Of a DNA stretch of 64,000 nt, positions 22,511-34,599 are shown piece after piece. The translations under genes were made by a program, and so were the position numbers. The notes below the pieces were generated by a model. The model searched no databases, was not told the DNA's origin, and saw only the letters and a program-made list of their open reading frames with translations. Origin of the DNA: the human T2T-CHM13v2.0 reference genome, Homo sapiens; NCBI RefSeq assembly GCF_009914755.1, contig NC_060926.1; one strand, 5' to 3'. The first letter of the stretch is position 1. Each line of letters starts with the position of its first letter.

Positions 22511-25500
22511 CAGAGCCGAACCCGCCTCCCTAGGTTCCTCCCCACTGAGTCTGAAGGCCCCTCTGCATGTCAGAGGAAAGGGAACCTTTGAAGTATCAGG
22601 GACGGGCCTCTTGTTCTGGCTCTCCTGCAGTCTGGGCCCCAAAGGCTCCTTCAGCTGCCCCTTTCTTTTGGTGAATGGTTCCTGCCACTGTCCTCCAATA
22701 AACTCCAGGCCCTCCTCACTGTTTCTGTAATGTCACACTTGGGCCAGAACACAAGTTGGCACCCCCAGGGAGCCCAGCACAGAGTCTCCAGATACCTTGA
22801 TCTTGACACTGAATTTAGATGACCTTAGAAAAGGGGAGGGGGGTAGGTAAAAGAAAAAAGCTACAAGTCTTATTGCTGGCTTATGTGGAGAGAGGAAGAG
22901 AAGAAAGGAATACCACTTCTGCCTTACTAGGGGCCAGGAGCTGTGCTAGGTGGACCCATATACGGGTTCCATGTAGCCCTGTGGACTCCCAACACTGTCT
23001 TCATACAGAGACAAGCCGTCTTCTGCACACGCCACGGCACTGTGGGCCCCGGTGTCTGCAGGACACACGCCTGTCCCTGTTCACTTCAGCCTTGCCTGTT
23101 TCCCACTCTGGCCGACCTGCTGCCCTCCCTGCACCAGGCATTGGGGTGAATGAGTTTTTGTTCCCCCTAGAAGTTCTATCTGGGGGAGTCAGACTGCTAC
23201 AAAAATCACGCGGCCAGCCAGATGGTGACGAGGCTGAAATAGAAGCTCATAGACTGTGGGATCTACAAGCGGGAGAGGCTGACCGTGCCCAGGAGCTGGG
23301 TAAGGGCATCTGCCAAGGTATTTTGGAGGAGGTGAAGAAGGCGAGTAACAATAATAACTCATGTTTATACCAAGGCTGTTCTAAGCACGTGACACTTTTA
23401 AGATCATTTGAGCCTCGCCACAACCTCATGACGTAGGTACTAATATTCGCTGTGTTTACAGACAAGGAAACAAGCACAGCGATGGGACACCATTTGACCA
23501 AGTTCCCATGACTTGGAAGTGGCGGACCAAGGTGTCCACTCTGGCTGTCTGCTCCAGAACGGGGCTGAGCAGAAGGGCATTCTGGACTCTATGGATGATC
23601 TGAGCAAAGGCCAGGGGGCTGCAGAACACGCAGGAGAATCCAGGATGCAATGAGCGAGGTGAGCTGGGAGCTAAGACCAGAAACGTGCACCAGGCCCCAG
23701 TCAAATGGAGAAGGTCCCAGAGCGCTGAAGTGAGAGGTAAGGAAATCATCACCCATCACAGGGACAAGGCACCCCAGTTGAGAAGGTGTCTTGTCTGAGT
23801 TGTTGTGTGGCTGGACATGGAAATCAAAAAATGCTGAAAAATGACACAGCATCCATAACTAGGCTGCCCAGAGCTACCACGGTGACCACAGTCCATGCTC
23901 CCAAGTGCCCCCAGCTAGCAGGGGCTGCGCCCCACCTCTTCCTTGCCTTGAATGACCACTCTTACGATTGTCTCGGCTTCATTCTGATCCTCTCGTGCAG
24001 CCAGGAGGAAAGTCCTGTGGCTGCAGAAGGACGGCCCTGCCCCCATGTGTCTCTGCTCAGCCTGGGGCTGGTCAGCTGAGAGGAGGCCTGAGCAACCCCT
24101 GGTGGCCCTGCAGGTGGAGGCGGCAGCTGGGGACAGGGAGTGGTTAATTTAGTTTGGGTGAGACATGGCAGAAAGCCAGATTCTGGCCACAGGTCTGGTC
24201 TCCTGCCTTCCAACAACCCTCTTTCCTCCTGGAAAGGCTTCTCATTTCCAGACAGGCTCCAGCCTCCACTCTTGGGCTGCAATCTCCTTGTGTCCTTTGA
24301 TGATCAACAATTTCCCATGGCAGTGTGGAAAGGAAGAGAGGTGAGGAGGTGGTGTCCTCTCAGGACATCTGCGTCCTGGAGACAGGAGGAGAGCTTTGAA
24401 GAGGCAAGCTCACCTTCATTCTCATTCTCTCATCAGCCCTGGGGTCGGGGGGAGCTGTCCTCCAGGGCTCAGCCAGGACCTCTTCAAATTCCTGCTCAGT
24501 CCCAATGACATTGATTATCATGTGGGGCTCCATTTGATCTGATTGTTCTCAGTTTATGGATGAGAGACCCTCCTCAGCAGAGCTGTATTGGGCACAGTCA
24601 GTGAGGTCTCTCCGTGTGGAAGCCTGTGGGGAGGTGACTTGCCCAAGTCTGCCCATCGCTGATGCTCACAGGAACAGGAGCGGCAGCTGCTCCTGCGTGG
24701 GATCTCTTGGACACGGGCCTGGACCCCGCATGCATGCACAACATCACGTACTCACAAGCAGGACAGTGACTTCCACCTGTTAAACTCACTCTGCAGTGTC
24801 TCGCTGAGTCCGCACGAGAACGCAAGGTAGATGGTGTTATAGTCAATTCTATAAAGAAACAATTTCTGAGGGATGGAACACTTGCTTCACGATGGAGGAC
24901 ACAGGATACGGACCTCAAGGAGTGGGAAGCCCCGACCCTCCCCACCTCTACATGGGCATGTGAACGGTTCCCACAATGACCATCCAGTATTTTCACTGGC
25001 TCATTTTAGCAATTCCACATTTATTCATTCAGCAACTGTTTGTGTGACTATCTGTTGCTTTGGTGCACAGAGCTGGATGGGGTGAGCCAGTGTTCACACT
25101 GCAGGGCCAGGCCCCAAAGCACCTGCCTTTCTGAAATGAATTCTGGGTCTGCTGTAGCCTCGGGGGTACCTCTTCCAGAGTGGGGAGTGGACAAGGAGGA
25201 GTCTTACATCAAAGGGATGAAGGTGGCATTTCTGGGAGCAGGAGGTTTTTGGAGGTGGGGGCAGGATCTGAGATCACCCCACATGGGCTGTTTCCTATGT
25301 CACAGCTGCATGGGACCAGCCCTTTGAATAGATTCCCAGCTGGTCCTGTTCTAGATGACAGTCAATTGAAATGGAGTTAAAATATTAAAAAGGATGTGGC
25401 TGAAGCCTTGCCTGGCCCCTCCTCCTCCTTGCTCAGGACTGGAAGTTGGAATTTGAGGGGACGATTGTGGGGGCTGAACGTGGGGATGGCAAGTTCCCTT

Positions 25501-26822
25501 GCAGAGGTTCCATTTTCCTTCATCTGCTGTGTGACGGGCACCTGGCCTGCATTGTCACGTGTCATCCTCATAACTGGGTGGCATCCCATTTTGTGGAGGA
25601 AGTCACTGAAGCTCAGGGAAAGTAAAGAACTCAGCCAAGGTCACTCAGCTAAAGGAATGGCAGAGCCACGTTTCACACCCAAGCTTCTTGGACTCCAAGA
25701 AGGGAGCGTTGGGTAGCAGCACATCCGAGCATCATATAAACTTTTTAGAAAAGTAACTTGGGCAAGATTGGCCACTACTTGCTCACCCCCTCAACCATTT
25801 GGTATTTTTACAAGGAAATAAAACGCACCCTCCTAAGGATTCACAACTGCTCTAAGAATAACTAGGGTTTGCCGAGGCCCTGGCAATGTTCCTTTTGGTT
25901 TTCTCATTATGGCTTTCATCCATCTTTAATTTCATATTTAAACTTTTGGATACAGATGATGAGTTGTCAATGAGGCCCCCGTGGACACTTGCTCCTTGTC
26001 CACGCCTGGAAGAGGGGAGGAGAGGTGTGGCCGGCAATGCCAGACAGAGCCAGGGGAGTCATGCTGGCTGTGGCCTGTCCCTGGAGGATGAATCTGTCCT
26101 GCCAGGGCGTCTGGAGGACGCAGCTGAAGATGGCCCTCAGCACACTTCTGCACTGGGGTGCTGCCCGTGCACTTCCAACACCTGCCCTTCCTTGGCTCTG
26201 AGCTTCCTCCTCAAACCTCGCCGGTGGTCAGGCCATGAATTCTCCGATTCTGAGTGATCTCTGCTCCTTCCGAGTCAGTGGGAGCCTCCCTTCTCCTCCC
26301 TCTCTTCTTGCATCTGCAGGACCTGGGTTTGCGTCCACCCATGGGTGCGGCCCATGACCTTCAAACAAACCCAGATGGACTGATTAAACCTCATCTGCTT
26401 CTGAAATCAATCTTTCTGCAACGTGAGCCTGTGTGGCTAGCCTGCTCTGGGCCACAGTTGATGGAAACCCGACTTCGAGTAGCTTACAGGAAAGCAAGCT
26501 TGTCTCACTCAGGCAGGCACCACAGGGCCTCTGCACCCAGACTGCAGACACCAGGAGCGGGGCTCACCCCCAGGCTCTTCTCTCCCTCATCTTCGGCTCC
26601 CCGACTCACCTCTGCCTGCAGAGCACCATGGCCACTGACGTCCCAAGATTCCAGTTGGTTCTGCTTGGTCTGTTAAAGGGTTAATCTTTTTTTTTTTTTT
26701 TTGAGAGTAAAACATGACTCTCACAGAAATAGAAAACTAACCAGGTCTAAGATTTTATTTAACTAATTAAGTAATGAGAGAACAAGTAAGATCAAAAAAC
26801 CAAGTTCAAAGGAGAATCAAAG

Positions 26823-26825
<3 letters not shown>

Positions 26826-26858
<33 letters not shown>

Positions 26859-26880
26859 TTTGTGTGTGTGTGTGTGTGTG
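26826..26880. repeat. Interrupted (TG)n microsatellite
   Basis: Directly visible. Confidence 0.97.
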
Positions 26881-27206
26881 CAATCAGGAATGCTGAAATG
26901 AATTCGCTAATAGAGGCAGACTTCTTTCACAGGGAGTGGTAAACACTTGCAATTTGAATGGACACCAGTGTTCAAATTTCTATGAATTGAAATAAGATGC
27001 ATCAACATCAGCTCTCCACGGCCAACTTGTATCTTTAAAAAGTTGAATAATAATCAAAGACAATAAAAGACACGGACTCCTACAGAATCGGATGATCCCA
27101 GGAGAGTCCTCTAGACGTCTAGCAGCCACTTTAAATATGTATCTATGTATGTATGTGTGTATGTATTTTTTGCCCACTTCAAAGTTCCGCAACTTGTCTT
27201 GGCAGG

Positions 27207-27561
27207 TGTTACTAGTCCATTCTCACACTGCTATGAAGAAATGCCCGAGACCAGGTAATTTATAAAGAAAAGAGGTTTAATTGACCCAGTTCTGCATAGC
27301 TGGGGAGGCCCCAGGAAACTTACAATCATGGTGGAAGGCACCTCTTCACAGGGTGGCAGGAGAGAGAATGAGTGCCGAGTAAAGGGGGAAGCCCCTTCTA
27401 AAACCATCAGGTCTTGTGAGAACTCACTCAATATCACAAGAACAGCACGGGGGAACCGCCCCCATGATTCAATTATCTTCACCTGGTCCTGCCCTTGACA
27501 CGTGGCGATTATTACAATCCAAGGGCAGATGTGGGTGGGGACACAGAGCCAAACCATATCA
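27207..27561 (-). mobile_element. THE1-family MaLR solo LTR
   Basis: Ends acacagagccaaaccatatca; perfect 5-bp TSD GCAGG (27202-27206 and 27562-27566). Confidence 0.93.
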
Positions 27562-30369
27562 GCAGGTCACATAGCCTGGGACCAATTAACTATGGCCAGA
27601 GGGGCTGAGCTCTGTGAGTCACCCAACTTGGAAGAGGTGTACATCCCTAGACCCAGCAGTCTTTCCAGAAGACAGGAGCCCAGCTACAGGGAGCCCATCT
27701 GAGAATCCTGGGGTCTTTCCCAGAGAAGGTGAAATTGCTGTCATCAGGATGCCACCCCCATCTTGTCCCCATGTTGTCTGCTTGTGAGAGTTTACCCTGA
27801 AGTCTGCATCTCAATGTCCCGCTGCATTTTTCTTTCTATTTCCCACATTTCTTATTTTGAATGCAAAAACAAAACCTGCTTTTAAGCAGTTTACATTCAC
27901 CCCTGAGTGTCTAATGTTTCTTCTGGATTTGTTATCTGTTTACCTAGCAGTTTCTAAGATCTTCATACCCACTGATTGTATATCATTCATTTGCTCAACA
28001 GATGTTGGCAAGTACAAGCCAGGCTCTGTATCTGTTGCTGGGTGTTTAGCTACAAACATCACGGACAAAATCCCTGCCTCATTGATTCTTCATTTGAGAA
28101 GACAGACAGCAAACAAACACATAAATAATATTATTTCTAATAGTGGCAAGTTCTAAGAAGAAAATAAGTGAGATAATTGGACCAAAGGTGATGGATGGGT
28201 TAGGGTGGGGTGGTCAGGGCAGGCCCTCCTGGGTGAGGGCACCAGCCCTGCAGAGCCCAAGGATCCGAGCTCCTGGGCAGAGAGCCATGCAGTATCAGCC
28301 AGACACACCCAAATACAGCCATCTCATCAACAGCCAAGCATACACAACATTAAATTCTGACATCTTTCACATTTTACCAAACATATAAGCATAAAAGCAA
28401 TAGTGTCACACATATTTTTGTCGTTTTGCAGTTATAAAGGTACCTTGGTCAAGGTGGTAGAATGGCATGGATTGGATCTAATTGGTTGGCTTGGCACATA
28501 ACCTTTAGGTGTGTAGACATACAGTGTGTGGATCTCCTTTTGTGCCCCTGCAGGACCCCTAGTCCAGGGAGAGCCATAGAGGGCCTCCGAGGCTGGCCCC
28601 ACCCTCATTCCTCCCAGATGCTGGGCACTGAATGAGACCCTGCAGGAGGGGAGGGAAGCTCTGCCTGTTATTTTCCTATACCACACACAAGTCCAGCCCA
28701 CGAGCCCTCACCCAGTTCTACAGGTCTTCAGGTGCCTTTAGAGCTATTGTAATCATCAGTCCCAGACAAGCCAGCCCTGACCCCCAAACAAATCCCCATT
28801 GTTGCTAAAGGCTATGACCATGTTTTCTGCAGGGGGGACAGAGAGGGAGGTCTGGCTCTGATATGTTAGCTCCAAAGGGCAAGGTAAGATTGAAAAAGCT
28901 TCCAGTTCTCTGACAGGCAGGAGGAACAGGACCTCCCTTGGCACCCTCCCCTTCAAGCCCTGGGGTAAACTTTCTGGGATGCAGGGTGGGGTTGGGTGCT
29001 GGGGGCTGCAGGGACAGCCTTCCGTGCCAAGGAGAGCAGTGTCGCTGGAGACTCAGACAGGCATTTGAAAGGCCCAGCGAGAGCCCCTCACCGCTGCAGG
29101 GAGACCTCAGTCATGAGCCACTGTCAGTCCCTTCAAGCTTATAATTTGATACAACTGTTACTCCCTGGACAATTAGGCACCCAGTTGTTCCTTCATAACA
29201 CTTGGATGATGGAACCTGATTCCTCCAGGGCTGGGCATCCTTTCCCTGCAAACCAAGTATCTAATTAGCACCTTCTCCTGGGAAGCAGACAAGTCATTAG
29301 CTGCCACACACCTTGGCACAAGCCACACATTCCCATCACGTGTGACAACGCTCTTCAAACATGAGCTGACTGCCCAGCGAGCCCGGCTGAGGGGACAGCA
29401 CAGGTCCAGGGGACATAGGTGGCCCCCAGTGAGGAGAAACAAGGGCACGGAGGTGTCCAATAGGCCACGCAACAATGATGTTCTGGATGATGGGTCGATG
29501 GGCCACATGTCGCTCAGGGATGGCAGGGGTTGCCTCTGGCTGGGGCATGGGGGAGCTCAGGGAAGAGGGGACAGGGCGCTTGGGTGAAAGCAGCAGGGTT
29601 CTTCCTCGCTCATCCTCCCCTCTGTGCAAAATCACGTCTGTGCTTGGAGGCTGCTGACTGCAGCCTGTGTGTGAGCTGGGCCCTGCCTGGGGCCAGGCTC
29701 TGGCTTCCTGGCTCACAATGCGTTTAGTGGTCCATGAAGAACAGGCTGGACAATTGCTGCGCTGGTCTCTTCACGCTCCCAGGGAGTGCAGTGATGGCAC
29801 GAGGCTACCAGGAAACCCGGGAGGAGCTCGTCTGATTGCTCCCTGCTCTAGCTTCTGCTCCCAGGAGGGGGCTGATGGCACATTTGGCTATAGGGTTAAA
29901 GGCACAGAGTTCAGACTTTCTTCAGTCACTGAGTTCCCCTTTCTACCATAAAACCGTTGCATATCTTTTTTAAGAAACCTAGTTATAGTTTGTTTAAAGC
30001 GTTTTGAAATATTCTGTTGTGCTAAATCATGCATTCTCAACATGAGTGATCGTGCTCCCCAGAGGGCAAAAATTGCTTCTTAGATTGAAAATACTTGACA
30101 CTTTTTATGTATAAAGCCCAGATACACATACAGTACATCGGCAGACACACAGTCTATCTGTGGGGTTCAAGTTTCATGGGGGGCACAGGCAGGAAATGAA
30201 AGTCTAGAAAGGCTGTCCAGGGGGACACTGATGAAGGAAAGACTGAGAAACACCGCGCTCGACAGAAGGGAGCTTGAAAAGCCCTTCTTAAAAAGTCCAT
30301 TTGGAAGGGAGCGCTACAGAGATTAGGAACAGCACATCTTGTATTCATGTTTCAATAACTCATCATACC

Positions 30370-31120
30370 CAAATGAGCACCTATTGTATACTGGGCCCTG
30401 CTCTAGGCGCTGGGATTAGGAACAGTGAATAAAATAGACAAAAGTCCCGAGCTCAAGGAGTTTCACTCCAGTGGGAGGCAACACGAGACAAGGTGAGTTC
30501 AGTCGCAGCGTGTTGCCTAGGCCGTTGGACTGCCATCGGGCAAGTCATGTACCCGGAGGAGGGAGGATGTGACACAGTTGGTAGGGGCAGTTAGAGTCGA
30601 GCAGCTGCGGAAGGCCTCACTGCAGAGGTGACACTGGAGTAAAGAGCTAATGGGAGTGAGGGAGCCCGACTGGGGAGGTCTTTGCTGGTGCAGGGGAAGC
30701 GGGGTGGAGGGGGAGGGATGGGAGAGGGGAGTGCAGAGGGAGAGGTGGGGGAGGGGTTGGGACATTCCAGGCAAAGGGAACAGCAAGTGTGAAGGCTCTG
30801 AGGCAGGAAGGCATGGCAATTTTGAGGAACAGTGAGGTGGCCAGTACAGGTCACACAGGGCAGGGAGGCCACAGGGAGGACTTTGGCTGTTACTTTGAGT
30901 GACATGGGAGCCACTGTAAGTTTGGGGCAGGAGAAGGACACGATCTAATGTGTTCTGAAAAGGCCTCTCTAGCTGCAGTGTTGAGAACCCACCTTAGGGG
31001 GCTGGGTGGAAGCACGGGCCTGCCTGGACGGCATGCAGTGGCTCAGCCCGGGATGGCCAGAGTCTGCACAGACATATGAAGGGACAGATGACAGGACTTG
31101 AGATGGATTGGATGTGGGGT
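30370..31120 (-). mobile_element. L2 LINE remnant
   Basis: gagcacctattgtatactgggccctgctctaggcgctggg...aacagtgaataaaatagacaaaagtccc and further L2 motifs. Confidence 0.75.
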
Positions 31121-32282
31121 GTCCACCTGGGGAAAAAGAGATACGGAGTGGCTGGAACCATGAATGACTGTCTAAGCCCGCTAGCTTCAGGAGCTGGGAG
31201 AGAAGTTGTTGGAAAGGAAAAAGTTCTCCTTTTTAGTCAAACATCACCACATCGGGAGGCACGCACGCATGGACTTTCTGGGGCTTCTGGGTCAAGATGT
31301 TTGACTGTGATTTTCAAAAATCCTTTGAAATGACAACAGGCTTTGCCTCCCAGAAACTCCTTAAAAGGATAGTAAAGAGGCTTAACAGGGAGTAAGTTAA
31401 CACAGTGCTGAGAATTCACAGGGGCACAGCAGCAGCCCCCAGTCGTGGCTCATTGCTGGAAACCAGAAGGACATGTGCCGAAACTGACAGACATATCAGA
31501 GTGGAAGGAGTCCAGCTCAGAGCTGGCATGGGAGTGGAGTCTAGGAGTAAGAGCCAGTTTTCATGGCAGAAGCACCCAGACTTGGCAAGGGCAAAGGAGA
31601 AAGCAGGGCAGAGATGGCAGAGTGAGGAGACCCCAGGCCCCTCTATCCACAGGACAAGCACGTGTGCGCACACACCACCCCCATCTCCCACGCCCCCAGG
31701 CTGGGGCCAGGCAAATGCTTTCACAAAAGAGGCTGGTGCCCCCAGCAGTGACCTCCTCGGTGGTGCATTTCTTAGGGATGGAGACAAACCCGGTGCTTGG
31801 AACAACCGTCCCATATCTACAAGAGTGATCATTTTCATCCAGGGAGAAGCTGATAATGGCAGAGGATTCTACCCCAGCCACTCTTTGTTATTAATCAGCT
31901 TAGACCTTCATCAAACTATGAATGAAAACAAAACTCACAGGTCACCTGCAGAAAACAGTACAAAGGAGAAGGAACAATACGAACACGAACAACAAAAGAT
32001 CCCAGAGAAAAAAGAAATAACTTAGGGAATGAAAGAAAACATTCAAAGTAATTACAATTAGTATCCTCAAAAAAAAAAAGAGAGCAAATATTTTCTCAGT
32101 AAAAGTAAGACAAACTGCTACCAAAAGGGAGAAATCAGAGAACAAGAAAGAGTTGGTTGAATTTTTTTTAAAAAAGCTATTACCAAAATAAAACAACAAC
32201 AACAGAAAGGCAATAAGAAAAACCATGAAAAATCTCCCAGAGCGAGAGCAAAGATAAGGAGATGAAAAAATATATATATCTG

Positions 32283-32697
32283 TGTATTCATCTGTTCTTG
32301 CATTGCTATAAAGAAATACCTGAGACTGGGTAATTTATAAAGAAAAGAGGTTTAATTGGCTCACAGTTCTGCAGGCTGAACAGGAAGCATGGCAGCTTCT
32401 GCTTCTGGGGAGGCCTCAAGGAGCTTCCAATCAGGGCGGAAGGCAAAGTGGGAGCAGGCATCTTACATGACCAGAGCAGCAAGAGAGCAAGGGGGGAGGT
32501 GCCACACACTTTTAAACAACCACATCTCACCAGAACTCACTCACTATCACGAGAACAGCACCGAGAGGATGGTGCTAAACCATTCATGAAGGATCCACCC
32601 CCATGATCCAATCACCTCCCACTAGGCCCCACCTCCAACTCTGGGGATTACAGTTCGATATGAGATTTGGGCAGGGACACAGGTCCAAATTATGTCA
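32283..32697 (-). mobile_element. MSTA/MSTB MaLR solo LTR
   Basis: tgtattcatctgttcttgcattgctataaagaaatacctgagactggg...gagatttgggcagggacacag. Confidence 0.92.
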
Positions 32698-32849
32698 CTA
32701 TGAGAAGAGCTAAGCAACATAGAAGAGTTTTGGACAGACAGAACAATAGAGAAAGATTTCTTAATGCTGAAAGCATAATGAATAAAAATGAACACATGAA
32801 TCAAACTGGTTATACCCTTATGATATCTAAGAGCATCAAATATATTTTC

Positions 32850-32996
32850 AAATTTTTATTTATTTATTTATTTTACTTTTTAAAATAGAGACGGGGTCTC
32901 ACTCTGTTGCTCAGGCTGGTCTCAAGTTCCTGGGCTCAAACAATCCTCCTGCCTTGGCCTCCCAAAGTGCTGGGATTACAGCCACTGAACCCAGCT
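32850..32996 (-). mobile_element. FLAM (free left Alu monomer)
   Basis: Single monomer with T-rich tail: gagacggggtctcactctgttgctcaggctggtctcaag...ctcccaaagtgctgggattaca. Confidence 0.88.
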
Positions 32997-33442
32997 AAAA
33001 TGTGAAAAATATAAAAAGAGAATCCTAAGAGCTAAAGAGAGAATAATTTTTTTAATAATCTTGCTTGTTGGTATTATTATTATTTTTATTCCTAGCTTTT
33101 TGACTTCAGACATCTCAGCAACAATGAGCACTACAAGGTAATGAAACAACGCCTTAAAAGTTCAGGCAGAAAACTAGTTTAATACTGGAATTCCAAACAC
33201 AGCCAATCAACCAATTAGGTGGAGGAGAAGGGTGAAAGCATTTTTAGATATACAAAGACTTTACAATTTCCACTCACTTTTCTGAAATGATTACCAAAGT
33301 ATGCACTCTGAAAAGATGAAAAAGGCACCCAGCCTTTGTGTTCTACTCACATATGATTAGGACCAGGTATGGGATGTCTACTTTCAGATCCTTAGGAAAC
33401 CATAGAAGAACTGTAATTGCTACTTTAAAAATTTCAGAGAGA

Positions 33443-33741
33443 GGCCAGGCGCAGTGGCTCACATCTGTAATCCAATCCCAGCACTTTGGGAGGCTGAAGA
33501 GGGCAGATCACTTGAGGACAGGAGTTCTAGACCAGCCTGGCCAACATAGCGAAACCCCTGTCTCTACTAAAAATACAAAAAAGTAGCTGAGTGTGGTAGT
33601 ACATGCCTGTAATCCCAGCTACAGGAAGCTGAGGCATGAGAATCCTTGAGCTTGAAAGGTGGAGGTTGCAGTGAGCAGAGATCACACCACTGCTCTCCAG
33701 CCTGGTGACACAGTGAGACTCTGTCTCAAGACAAAAAAAAA
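33443..33741 (+). mobile_element. Alu (S/J type)
   Basis: Full dimer; TSD aaaaatttcagagaga/aaaaattgcaaagaga. Confidence 0.95.
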
Positions 33742-34558
33742 TTGCAAAGAGAAGTTAGGGAAAGAGGTGGAGGTGAAAATAATCTAAATATTTTAGTCTT
33801 CATGTGTGGGCATTAATAAATATTGCTTCAAAATAATAAAGCAAAAGGAGACATCTAAACATATTAAGATAAAACAAAACAAAAACAGTCAAATGATTTC
33901 CACTTCTGAAATGCATACTATCGTGTACTGCTTGAAATTTTATTTCCGTGTATATTTATGCTTTTTAAAATAATAGGTCTTTTATAATCACTCTCTGGTT
34001 TTAGTCAAACCAAAATTTGCAAAATCTGAGGTAATGCTAAAAGACACAGAGAGAAAGAAATCCAATTTTTCCTTTGCATAAAGGGACTGAGAATTTAGGG
34101 TGAATGTTATAACCTGACAGGTAATATGCGTATAGTAGATACTTCATAGGATTGTTGTTGGATTTAAATAAAATATTTCATATGAAACTTTAAGCTCAAT
34201 GTCTGACACACAGTTAAATACAGAATAAATGTTCATGGTTGATCTTACTGTTGTTAAAACTATAATACTATTCATGTGAATAATAATAATATATTGATTA
34301 AAGTGGGAAAGGGCCTTTTGATGTTAAGCCACACTGAAATGATGAATTGTATATATTCGTTTATTAGTTCAAGGAATAGACTACTTCAGTATATTTGTAT
34401 ACCCATGCAATGGAAAGTTACGAGGCCATTAAAAGTGATTTTGAAAGACGTTGTTTTAATGTCATGAGAGGATAACAAAACTGTGTTTTTGTTTTGTTAA
34501 TATATTAAGTATGATAAGTGAGGGCTAATAAATATTTATTGAATGAATAGGTGACCAA

Positions 34559-34560
<2 letters not shown>

Positions 34561-34598
<38 letters not shown>
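34561..34598. repeat. (CA)n microsatellite
   Basis: Directly visible. Confidence 0.95.

Positions 34599-34599
<1 letters not shown>

Larger units (their letters stand above)
31900..33320 (+). mobile_element. Ancient L1/HAL1-like A-rich remnant interrupted by MST and FLAM
   Basis: A-rich degenerate ORF1-like motifs (gacttcagacatctcagcaacaatg, ggaattccaaacacagccaa). Confidence 0.5.

Noticed and set aside
24092-24107. CTCF-like motif GGCCACCAGGGGTTGC (minus strand)
   Set aside because: It mismatches the conserved GGC of the core; a single motif in 64 kb is not supportable without ChIP data.
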